The position numbers and the translations under genes were made by a program. The notes under the pieces were generated by a model. It was not told where the DNA came from and searched no databases. It worked only from the letters and a program-made list of their open reading frames with translations. 64,000 bases of DNA from Basidiobolus meristosporus CBS 931.73 (taxonomy: Eukaryota; Fungi; Basidiobolomycota), in contig MCFE01000011.1 of NCBI GenBank assembly GCA_002104905.1, positions 62,001 to 126,000 on the forward strand, in the 5' to 3' direction. Shown here one piece after another: positions 25,411 to 36,295 of this stretch (the first letter of the stretch is position 1; each line of letters begins with the position of its first letter).

Positions 25411-27705
25411 ATGGGTAAACGACTCCTTAAAAAGCGTCTCCTCTCTCCCGTCACCAATCCCCACAAATTAGAACATCGTTATTGCCAACTTGACGACTTT
25501 AGTTCTCTCTTCGAACCTTCCGTAAAAACTTTCGATCGTCTCTTAACTAATATCGCCGACCTTGAACGACTTCATCGCCAACTTTTATTAGAAGTTCTAA
25601 CTTTACCCGAACTTTCTCGACTCTATACCTCTTACAAAGCTATCCTTGATCTTTGCAATCTTCTTATTCCTGCCTTCTCCTCCCCTAATACTACTTCTTC
25701 CTCTCATGATCTTCCCAACCTACAAACTCTTTCGCTTGATGATCCTCCCAATATACGCTCCTCTTCATCTGATGAGCCTCCCAATATACGTTCCTCTTCA
25801 TCCAATGAGCCTCCCAATATACGCTCCTCTTCATCCAATGAGCTTCCCAATATACGCTCCTCTTCATCCAATGAGCCTCCCAATATACGCTCCTCTTTGT
25901 TTGATGAGCCTCCCAATAGACGTTCCTTTTCATCCAATGAGCCTCCCAATAGACACTCCTTTTCATCCGATGAGCCTCCCAATAGACACTCCTCTTCATC
26001 TGATGATCTTCCTAACCCACAAACTTTACCTCCCAAATCTTCTTTACAACATATCCTCTTGTCTCAACACAAAATTTCCCTTCTTAATAAATTCGTTAAC
26101 GACATCTCTTGTATCTTTGTTATCGATAATATCCCCACCACTGGCACCCTTGACCCCTCCATCTTTCGCAAAGGTATCTTCCCCGATCTCGACTCCCTCT
26201 CCAACTCTCGAACTTCTGAACTTGACAAATTAGAAGATATTGCCTTTGCTCTCTCTTCTCACGCCCTCTCTTATCTTTCTTCTACCTCACGCAAATCTGT
26301 CGACAAAAAACTTATCCCCATTAAAGTCGACTATTCTCCCCGCTCTGGATACTATCTTTCTGTCACCAATTCTTTTGCCACCAAACTTAAATCTTCCTTA
26401 ACCAAATCTTTCATCTCTAACGATAACATTACCTTTAAATCTGACAAATTAAACACCAAAATCTCCTCCAACAGCCTAACCCACATTAGCGATCATATTC
26501 TCTCCCTAGATGACCAAATTAACAAACAACTTAAATCTCTCTTCCTTAGCAGCCTCAAACACTTATCTTCTTACAAAAATATCTTTCGTCGCATCGAACT
26601 CTTTGTCGCCGAATTTGACGTTATTAAATCTAACTACAAAATCAGTCGCCTCTACAACTTCTGCCGCCCTGTCGTCAAACTATCCAACAAAAGTTATTTT
26701 AAAGCCACTGATCTCCGTCACCCCCTCATCGAGCGCCTCCAAACTAATCTAGAATATGTCCCTAACGATATCACCATCGGTACCAACAACCATGACGGTA
26801 TTATCTCATACTCCATGAACTCCTGTGGCAAAACCAGCCTCCTCAAAGCCTGCGGCCTCTCCATCATCCTCGCCCAAATGGGCTCCTTCGTCCCCGCTTC
26901 TTCTTTCGAATTCTCTCCCTACAAATCTCTCATGACTCGCATCCTTAGCGAAGATAATATTCTCAAAGGCCAATCCTCCTTCGTCGCCGAAATGTCTGAC
27001 CTTAGAAATATCCTCAAACGTGCCGACCCCTACACTTTAGTTCTTGCCGACGAAATTACCCACGGCACAGAACACATCTCTGGATCTGCCATCTTTGCCT
27101 CCAGCGTCATGACTCTCGCCAAACAAAATATCAGCTTTATGTTCACCACCCATTTACACAACATCTACAAATTTATCAAAGATATTCCCAACGTTAAAGT
27201 TTTTCATCTCTCTGTTAATTTCGAACATATTAATTCTAAAAACGTTATTATCTTCGAACGCAAAATTAAAGAAGGCCCCTGTGACTCCATTTATGGCCTC
27301 GAAGTCTGCGAATTCCTTAACATGGACTCTAACTTCCTCCAAAAAGCTTTCCAAATCCGTGCCGACATTTTGTCCCGTGAAGATAAAACTTGTCCCACTA
27401 TTGCCAATGGTCTTCTAAACCAATACTCCAAATATAGCCGTTACAACAAAGATAAACTTGTTTACAAATGTCAAATCTGCAACTACGTCCCTACCCAAAC
27501 TACCGACCTCCCTATCAATGTCCACCATATCCAACATCAACACACTTCTGACAACAATGGTATGATCGACCATCGCCACAAAAATTCTAAATCTAATCTC
27601 GTTGCTCTTTGCAAAAACTGTCACGTTAAAACCCACCAAAATAAACCCCAGATTAACGGCTATGCTAGCACCACCGAAGGTCTTATCTTAAACTTTGAAC
27701 AATAA
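25411..27705 (+). CDS. mutS7: MutS7-type MutS-HNH fusion (giant-virus/Epsilonproteobacteria/octocoral mtMutS type), N-terminally truncated, intronless, 764-aa ORF
   Basis: Domain III start (LLDIIDLCSTK)MGKRLLKKRLLSP...IADLERLHR; domain V DLRHPLIERL...EYVPNDI, Walker A-like SMNSCGKT, IILAQMGSFVPA, SSFVAEMSDLRNIL, Walker B LVLADEITHGTE, FTTHLH, GPCDSIYGLEV; HNH CQIC...VHHIQHQ...NGMIDHRHKNSKSNLVALCKNCHVKTH. Confidence 0.9.
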   Translation: MGKRLLKKRLLSPVTNPHKLEHRYCQLDDFSSLFEPSVKTFDRLLTNIADLERLHRQLLLEVLTLPELSRLYTSYKAILDLCNLLIPAFSSPNTTSSSHDLPNLQTLSLDDPPNIRSSSSDEPPNIRSSSSNEPPNIRSSSSNELPNIRSSSSNEPPNIRSSLFDEPPNRRSFSSNEPPNRHSFSSDEPPNRHSSSSDDLPNPQTLPPKSSLQHILLSQHKISLLNKFVNDISCIFVIDNIPTTGTLDPSIFRKGIFPDLDSLSNSRTSELDKLEDIAFALSSHALSYLSSTSRKSVDKKLIPIKVDYSPRSGYYLSVTNSFATKLKSSLTKSFISNDNITFKSDKLNTKISSNSLTHISDHILSLDDQINKQLKSLFLSSLKHLSSYKNIFRRIELFVAEFDVIKSNYKISRLYNFCRPVVKLSNKSYFKATDLRHPLIERLQTNLEYVPNDITIGTNNHDGIISYSMNSCGKTSLLKACGLSIILAQMGSFVPASSFEFSPYKSLMTRILSEDNILKGQSSFVAEMSDLRNILKRADPYTLVLADEITHGTEHISGSAIFASSVMTLAKQNISFMFTTHLHNIYKFIKDIPNVKVFHLSVNFEHINSKNVIIFERKIKEGPCDSIYGLEVCEFLNMDSNFLQKAFQIRADILSREDKTCPTIANGLLNQYSKYSRYNKDKLVYKCQICNYVPTQTTDLPINVHHIQHQHTSDNNGMIDHRHKNSKSNLVALCKNCHVKTHQNKPQINGYASTTEGLILNFEQ
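25744..26007 (+). repeat. In-frame 33-bp coding minisatellite, 8 units (PPNIRSSSS[D/N]E)
   Basis: Unit cctcccaatatacgctcctcttcatcc(a/g)atgag repeated 8 times with graded divergence. Confidence 0.95.
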
Positions 27706-27707
27706 CC

Positions 27708-28660
27708 ATTCTAACCCAGATAATGAGTGCAATACTGTATAGCTTTGCAATATTTGTTGGACTGCAGTAGCTTCTTTTGATGGGGTATTACTGGAATATA
27801 TTTGGGGTGTGAACAATGTTTTCCTTCAATGGTGGTGAATTCCAGAAAATTTGGACACATTGTAGTGGTAGCATTTTTAGATGTAAATGCCATGCAACTG
27901 TTAACACATGCTGGAATGAGGAAAGTCTCTGCATCATATGTTGCCAGCCACATACAGCTGACCACTTGTACCATGAACATGGTAAGTTGCATCCCGGAAT
28001 GATTTTGGGAAGAAGTAGTAATAAGTGCTCAAAGACCCTGTTGATGATATTAGTGGAAGCTCACCACTTCTCTAGCCACAACATTTCATCATTCACCAGC
28101 AGATGAATTACTGGGCTCACTTGGCACTGTAAAGTATCCTTGCAATTGTTTCATCTGGTGTTGCCTCATTGCATATTGGGACTTGACTGGGCTCATACAT
28201 GGTACTGTTGTTATGGGAGATAGGCTTACAATCCATCCAGTGAGCCTTCTTTGTCAGAGCTATCTCTCTGCATACCATATTCAGAAGGTTAAGGTCATCC
28301 TAAAGGTGTCACAAACTCACCTGACTCAGCTTGTGCAAGGTAACAAAGGCAGCAAGGTGCCAATATAGAGGTATCAACTGGCCAGCAAGATAATGTTAGT
28401 GAGTAGTGACTCATGAATGGTCAACTATGATTTGTGTGGCAAAACCCTGGCTCTGACCCTTGTAATACTTCCTATGCTGTCTGCATGCTTCATGGCTTCA
28501 AGGCTTGTTAAAATAGCCACATGGTCTTTTTTCTCTTCTCTTACAACATTGAATCAAAGTAGTTGTATTCATGGGGCAAACAGTTTGACCTTCAACAATG
28601 TAATACTATTATATCATGTTTTTATCATTACCTATGTGAGTTTAAGACAGTCATGTATTT
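27708..28660 (-). pseudogene. CACTA/EnSpm tnp2 transposase pseudogene, N-terminal part (copy 1)
   Basis: ACVNSCMAFTSKNATTTMCPNF...HPKYIPVIPHQKKLLQSNKYCKAIQY resembles the tnp2 N-terminal Cys region; collinear with ~37700-38620. Confidence 0.78.
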
Positions 28661-28794
28661 GAGACATTGCACCTACATGAATGTAAGATTCAATGATGAC
28701 CCACCATAGTAAGCATTAAAGATAAAATTGTGGCACCGCATAAACATGTATATGTAACACTATTTCCTCTTTGTTTTGACTTACTTCCATATAT

Positions 28795-31415
28795 ATGGCA
28801 CCAAAAAATAAAGCAAAGTTGTCTGGTCTCAAACCAAACCCCACCACTGATGGCAGCAGAAGAACAGTTGGGCAACAGCTTACTTTGACATTCAGTGCAA
28901 CAAGCAGGGCTACATCCAATAAGGCCATGTTGACAGTGTGCCCACTGAAGGTAACAATGCTGACACCTTTGGCTCACAGTCAAGTAGGCAATTGAGAACC
29001 ACTGCAGAGCCGCAAGTTGACCATTATTCTCTGGCAGATGAGAGTGCAGCAAGCACAGTACCTTATATTGAAGACCAGCAAGTGGCCATCATAGCATTGC
29101 CACCACCCATATTAGCAATTATGTTGTCAGCTCATACCAAAGCATTAATGAATCAATTAGGTGCAATGGCTGATAGCAATGGCCCTGAAAAATCAGGAAA
29201 AGTTCACAAAAAGGATCAGTGGATAATAGGTATAGAGCAATAACTATTCCTGGCAGAGAAAGCAGCATCTTTGCTGCAAAGAAGGAACTCAAGTAGCTCA
29301 ATGTCATAGCCAAGAATTGAGCCATTTCCCAATGGAACAGCAGAGAAACCCTATACAGTCTTGGAAGAACTACAACAGTGCCCAAAGATAAAGCTCACAG
29401 AAAAACCTATCACAGCATGGGAGGGAGACAATTTGGTCTTAATACCAAAGCCTAAAATCAAAAGACATTGAAGATCTGTGAAGCTGTTGAGTGCAATAAT
29501 GAAGAGTGGGCTAATATTCACAAGGCTCTCAGAAGTCTAACATGACATCACCTTAAGGCCAGCATACCATGGGACCCTCAGGAACTCAAGGCCAAGCAGA
29601 ATGCACTTGACTTGTTCCATGAGCATTATCCTGAATTCAAATATACAAACAGATTTTGGGCCAGAATTGGTATGCTAAGAAAGTGTCTTAAGAATAGCAG
29701 AAACTAATGAAGGTGGAAGAACAAGCTTGCCATGGCTAAAAACCAGTAGCTTCCTCAAGAGCCCATTACAAGGAGGGCTAAAAAGCACTTAGTCCAACAA
29801 GCATTGAAGGACCTGGCAGTATTAAAATTTTATGATCTGCCGCTTGAATGTTTAAGTTAGATCAGTTTTAGTCAAATCAATTAGTATATGCTTAGGTTAT
29901 CAGTATAGCAGTATTATCTATGAAATCAGTAGCATTAGTCAGCAAATGAATCAGCAGATCCTTATCAGACAGAAATAGATATATTAAGCAGGATCTTTTT
30001 GGGTGATGATGATGCAATCAAATGAGTCATCAGCTACAACCTACATTAGGAAACTCAATTAGTCAGCAATTGATCTGGCAACATGTATTTAAGGAGCTGC
30101 TGGAACCTCAATAAAAATCAGTTCAAGTTTTAGTGAATACAATACTAGCTAAACTCCATATTCCTCTACAACTCTTATACCAAGACTTGTAACAAAAAAC
30201 CAGCAGCTTTCACAAGAGCCTGCCACAACTACAGATACAGCTCAAGACAAGCAGAAATGAAATATCAGGTTGTCAGAAGAGTGCCAGCAAGGGAGAAGCA
30301 GGTCAAAACAGATGCATCAGAGCAGAATTTATTATGGACACAATGTAGTTCATTACAAGAAGCACTCAGACAAAGTAGCAGTGAAAGACCAGGCAGTGAT
30401 AAAGGGAAAGATGTCTACCCAAGCCTGAGACAGGGAAGCAAGCAAGAAAAGCTGCAGTTCTTGCTGTTAATGCTGTAAGCCCAGAACAGACTCAACCCCA
30501 TCATAGCCAAGAAGAATTACTAACAAGAAAGCAGCTGTTTTTACAAGAGTTTGAGGTGCAGCCAGTTGGGCTACACTCCAGCAAGGTCAATGAGTTGGCA
30601 GAAAAAGACAATTTGTCTATCACAGCATCCACATCCTCCATTGATGATGGAGTGGAGATACCACCAATGGACAAGGCTCTAATGTCAAGAGCTCAAAGAC
30701 TATCACAATGCCTTCACTGGAATTTTGGAGCGTTAATAGGCACACCAAGTGGTTGTAGCACTTCTTCAAGAGCTGTGCTCAGGAAAATGTAATTGAATAT
30801 TGCAAGGATTTATTGCAAAGATTAGCAGATGTGGCGCCAGAACTTGCAGAGGCAGCTGAAAACCAGGATGTGTGAGAACCAGTGAATCAACAGTGGCACA
30901 AAGCCATTGGGTTCCTGCCAAAGGCATGGAACCAGAGCATTACAGCAGAACTATTTATTGAATGGTGGAATTTAATGGAGCTAATTGTTGGGTGTGGGGT
31001 TGGGCTCAATGTTCATGTAGGTAATAGGGACTTGTATAGGCCAACACAATTGGCAATTGCGGTACAACTAAAGTTTCAATTAAGATAAATCAACTTGTGG
31101 ACATGAAAAGAAAAATGGTTGAGTCAGGAAGTGAGGAGTGTGAAAAAGTGGTGATAGCCAATCAGTGCATACATACATAGGAGGCGATAGAGTGTTCAGG
31201 ATCAGAAAGTGAGCAAAATGGCAGCAAACAATCAACAGCCACTTATACAATGTTGTGATAAGAAATTTTGGTGAGGTTTTTTATGGAATCTGGGGTACAT
31301 TTATTTTTCCACAGTCTCTGAACAGTGTCCTGATGGGATAATTACCTCTTAGTCACAGTACTTTAAATCTGTGATGGCCTTTTGACAAGATCACAACAAT
31401 AATTTCTCATAGGGA
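28795..31415 (+). mobile_element. Degenerate second ORF region plus downstream spacer of the CACTA-like family
   Basis: Homologous to ~41760-43610 (same strand) and ~43615-44520 (inverted); broken basic/low-complexity ORF pieces. Confidence 0.6.
29828..30194 (+). repeat. Young solo LTR (~367 bp) with 4-bp TSD AAAA
   Basis: (T[T/G]TTATGA)...TTGTAACA termini; almost identical to 41068-41435; the uninterrupted homologous site near 42370 supports the TSD. Confidence 0.85.
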
Positions 31416-31419
31416 TTGG

Positions 31420-34400
31420 TCACTAGGATGTCATGCTGTCGGATCCTCCAGAAATACATATCCCTCTAGACCTGTCCTGGTGGTTTTCCAAGATCCTTTG
31501 CTCTTTATGCTCAAGGAGCCAATCCCATAAAGAATCCTACTGAGTTTCTACACAAGCTTAGTCATGTTTTATCTGGACACCAGGTAGACTTTGACACCCA
31601 TTGGGCTACGCTTCTGCCTCTCTGTCTTACTACATAAGATGCTGACTGGGCTGAAGTAGACCTTCTTTCCAATAGTACATGGAAAATTGCCCAAAACCTC
31701 TTTGGTAGCCATTTTGAAGATCCCCACAAGAAAGCACATCTGAACTGCAACTTATGGAAAACTAAAATGCAAAAATGTGAATCTGTGCAACACTTCTCTG
31801 ATAGATTCCAGAGACAAATGAGATCAGCTGGAGTTAGTGATGATAATTAATTGCTTACTGCTCATTTTCTTTCAAACTTTTCACACCATCTATAGAGCAA
31901 TATTGCTATTGTCAAAGCATGCAACCCTGCATGTAACTATGACAAAATCTCAGAGATATGTACACTTGCAATCACCATGACTGTGGCTACTAGCCAGGCT
32001 TTGGGCAATTCCACTCTAGATTCAGCAACAACAGGAAAAGAGAGCAGTCATGTGACCAAGAAGAAGTCAAGCATTGCAAGCTTCATGGAAGATGCTATCA
32101 CTCCACTAGTGAATGCAAAGGCATTACTAAGCAGTCAAACAAGTCAGGAAACACATCAGAGAAGCAGCAAAGCACCAAAACTGATAATCCATAGGCTGAT
32201 GACAAATGCCTTAAATGAGGAAAGATGGGACATATATCACCTCCCTGTCCTGAGAAGAGCTCTACAACATTTGCAAAATTACTCAGATTCTAGACAATCA
32301 TTCAACCAATGATATGACAGGGTATAAGGAAGCATATGAAGAATGTACAGTTTGAGATTATCATACCCTATTTGAATTTCTGGCCAAAATTGGAACTGTT
32401 CAAGAAAAGAAGCAACCAATTGCGCAGCTAAAAACTATAGAGGTGCCACTCAAGCTCAATGGCCAATCATACATGGCACTACTAGTTACAGGATCAACCA
32501 ACTCTATTGTATCACCAAATGTAGTCAAAGCACTCAAATTGGAAATAAAAAAGCAGCCATGAAAAATCATGCTTGCGCTAAGGACCTCTTGGGCCCAAGA
32601 ATTGGTATCACCAACCCAATCAGCATACATTTGGTTCAATGACTGTAATCCATCAAACAGAAGTTATTGACATTCCAGATGGACCTCAGGTAGTCATTGG
32701 TCTAGACACCTTCACTAAACTTGGCTTTCACTTTGGCAGACTTCCAGTTTCATATCCTGGAATCACTAAATCTCAGCCACCCATAATAGATCAGATTCCA
32801 AGGATTATCTTACCCCATCTGGAAGCCAAGGAGTCAGCCTAAACTTTTCAAGCTTATTTTCAATCAGTCAAATAGGAAATTCAGCAAGCCATAAAAAGAA
32901 ACCAAGCTATTCCCAGGAACAGTTTCTGCACTATTCCAGATTCCATTGTTGTGCTAGAAACTTCACATGGTGAGTCCACATGGGGAGGCTCCACCCAACT
33001 CTGCATTCTTGCCAACACTTAGTTGATGAAATAGTTCAAAAGTGGGCTGACAACGGAATTATCACCCAAGCCCATGTCAACACAGCATTCAACAACCTTT
33101 TGATGCTTGCACTCAGAAAGATGCTGATGGAAATCTAACTCTGAAGAGACTCTTTTTGGACCATAGACCTCTTGACAAACTTCTCCAAGATGCTAAATTT
33201 TCAATTCCAAGAATCCAGGATATCTTTTCCTCATTATTAAGTGCAAAAGTATTCTCCAAATTGGACTTGAAGGATGCAAATCACCAGTTCTAGATCCATC
33301 CCAATCATAAGCTTAAGACCACCTTTACTTGGAATAATATGCAATGGATGTTTTAGGGAGCTCCCTTTAGCCTAGAGATACTTACCAGCAAGTTCCACAG
33401 AGTCATGACTATAATACCCAAGAATGAACCATACACCTTGTATTTGTCAATGATGTCATCATATTTTCCACAATCAATGATGATCACACAACTCATGTCA
33501 TTGATGTAATCAATAGACTGACAGCTGCTGAAATGATTCTAGTGCTGCAAGGTACAGCTTTGCTTGTCTCAAAATCATTCTTCTTGGATTCATAGTCACA
33601 CTGGATGGCCACCAGCTTGACCAAATCAAGCTGGACAATATTCCTGAATGGCCATAACCTGCTAGCATTATACAACTCCAACATTATCTTGTGGTATCCA
33701 AGTATTTCAGGGAACACATTCCTATCATGTCCTCATTGAACGCCCCTTAGGATGCATTACATCATAGTTCTAATCTCTCCTCAGCCTGGCACAAGGCTCA
33801 CAACCAAGCATTTGAGTTACTCTGCCAATTGCTCCTACAAGCACCCACCCTATCCTACCCAGACTTTACTAAGACCTTTGTTGTTGCTACATATGCATCC
33901 AATATTGGGTTAGGGGCTATCCTATACCAGGATGAAGACCAAAAACTGCCTCATTGGATCTCTTTTCAAGCCAAATCAGTACAACTTGCTGAGCAAAGCT
34001 ACTCTGCCACTAAGAAGGAGCTTCTTGCCATAGTCTTTACCTTGAGGAAGTTTCATCAGTTCTTATGGGGTAACCCTTTTACCTTGTAAACTGACAACCA
34101 AGCCCTTACCTATAATCACACTCAAAAGACTCTGACTCCAATGCTGACCAACTGGCTTGATACTCTGCTTGAGTATGGGTATGCAGTTATTCATTGCCCA
34201 GGAATCCCAAATATCCTACCTGACCACCTTTCAAGACTCTGCCCAACTTCACCTTGGGAGGGAAGTGTGATTACTGACATAATCAGTAAGCTCGCTACAA
34301 CTTCCAAAATAATTCCTCAACTGGATTCAGCAATCTGGAAAATCCCACATGCCAATGAAAGGAAAACCTTGATACAGAGGAATCATTAACTTGGCCATTT

Positions 34401-36295
34401 TGGAGTTGACACACTTATGAAGAAGCAACACTCTGATCAGTATCACTGGCCAAATATCAAAGCTGACTGCCTAGAATTAGTCAAGTCTTGCAGAGAATGT
34501 CAACTCTACAATATCAGCTGCCATGGATCTCACCCTTTGAGTCTCATCCATGCAAGCCTTCCTGTGGATCATATTGCAATTGATCTAGCTGGACCTTTCA
34601 CCACTGGTAATGATGGTAATCACTACCTCTTTGTAATTGTGGATGTCTGCACATATTTTGTCTTCCTCAAAGCTATCCCAGACAAGTATGCTGCCACTAT
34701 TTTACAAGCACTATTCAAGCTCTTTAGCCATTTTGGATTTCCTAAGGTCATTCAATTGGGTAATGGAATAGAATTTGTGAATCATGTGATCAAGGCCCTT
34801 TGCCACCATAGTGCCATTGATCACCATCTGATAACTCCATATCATCTCAAAGCTAATGGACTTGCTGAAAGACATGTTAAGACCTCAGAGAACATCATCA
34901 GAGGATTTATCAAAGATATCAAGAAGAATTAGGACAAGTACATTTGCACTGTGCAGTATGCTATCAACACCAAAATTGCTGCACTGAATAGATTGTTGCC
35001 ATTTTCTTTGATGTTTGGAAGAAGATACAACCAGTTCAGAGACAACCAAAATTTAGGGTTAGTAAGTTTAAATACAGACAAGCTAAAGAACCAACTTGAG
35101 TACCTTACCAACATTGTCTACCCAGCTATCAGTGCCAGAAGTAAGGCTCACAGCAAAAGATGACTTCAACATACATCTCAAGACACAGGAACATCAGCTA
35201 CTCAGATGGGTCATATGTCAAGACACCAGATCCAGTCCAACAATCTAAATTTGACCCCAAATATGAAGGCCCATTTGAAATTGTCAAACATACCATTGGA
35301 GGATCTTATATACTTCAGTTCAATATTAGAGTACTGCTCCCCAAGCACTTTCATTTCTGTCACTTAAGCTTATATCTCAAGGCCTGGTTACTCCAGAATC
35401 CTATGAAGTTAAAGCTATTGTTGACCATTATGGAGAAGAACCAAATTATGTTTATTTGGTCAAGTGGAGAGATTATGTTGCCAAACAAAACACCTGGGAA
35501 CCTTACACCAGCATTGATGAAGTAGCCATCATTGATCAGTATTGGAGCTGCGGAGGAGCCCAGAAGGTATCAGAAAGCTCCTCTCCTGGGAGGAAGTGAT
35601 ATTGTGCAACAAAATTTAAAACTTAGCCAATTCCATTCTGTGAGAAAATTGAGTACTCTAAATGAATTTCCTTAATCCAAACATAACTAATCCATGTTAT
35701 GGCTTATTTCATCACTTCTCAGAATCTATTTTTAGCTGTCAAACCTGATCAATTTTCATGTGGCCATTATGTCCTCAACTGAACTGCTAAGCTTTACCAA
35801 GTGATTAGACATCTAAGATCTATCTAACCACTTAGCAGTTGCCAAAACATCAGCAGATTAATGATGCAAATTTTCACTTATCTTGTGCACCTATCATCAC
35901 CCCAACAGATTTCAATCAGTTCAGTCACTTGGCACTTAATAACTCAACTTGAACAGAGAAGTTTTAATAAAGTCCGCTGAACCTTCTGGGTCAATGTGTG
36001 TCTCAACAAAGTTAAGCTTGTGTCTCATCAGAATTAAGAACTCAACAATTACATTTAGTCTCTACCCAAGCCTAGCATATCTGGTACTCCCAAGAGCACC
36101 AAGCCTAGCCTGAATAGCAAACCAACTCAGTTATCTTTGTAGCCAAGCCCAGCTATGTACAAGACCAATATCAGAACAGAACCTCTCAGCTAACATTTCT
36201 GCCACTCTGACTGTTCTAAGATTCTGCACATAGTAGTCACTTGGGTTCAGTTAGACCATTCAAGAGTCTTATTGCTCTTTCTCTTGAATACAGCA
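31420..36295 (+). mobile_element. Degenerate Ty3/gypsy chromovirus (gag, PR, RT, RNaseH, IN, chromodomain, 3' LTR 35600-36295); 5' LTR absent
   Basis: RNaseH LSYPDFTKTFVVATYASNIGLGAIL...YSATKKELLAIVF; integrase HIAIDLAGP...ANGLAER; GPY/F-like KFDPKYEGPFEI; chromodomain-like ...YLVKWRDY...NTWEP near 35400-35510; PPT gggaggaagtga before the LTR. Confidence 0.9.

Noticed and set aside
25744-26007. 33-bp array as a CRISPR array
   Set aside because: Head-to-tail units without unique spacers, in-frame coding, no cas genes, eukaryotic context.
25646-26233. Overlapping ORFs 25646-26233 (+), 25691-25999 (-) and 25704-26036 (-)
   Set aside because: Shadow frames created by the stop-free minisatellite.
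25411-27705. MutS ORF as a host MSH1-6 gene
   Set aside because: C-terminal HNH, no introns, alien composition, missing domains I-II, and located inside a transposase pseudogene.
27400-27705. HNH domain as a self-mobile homing endonuclease or intron ORF
   Set aside because: It is fused in frame to the MutS ATPase as in MutS7, and no group I/II intron features are evident.
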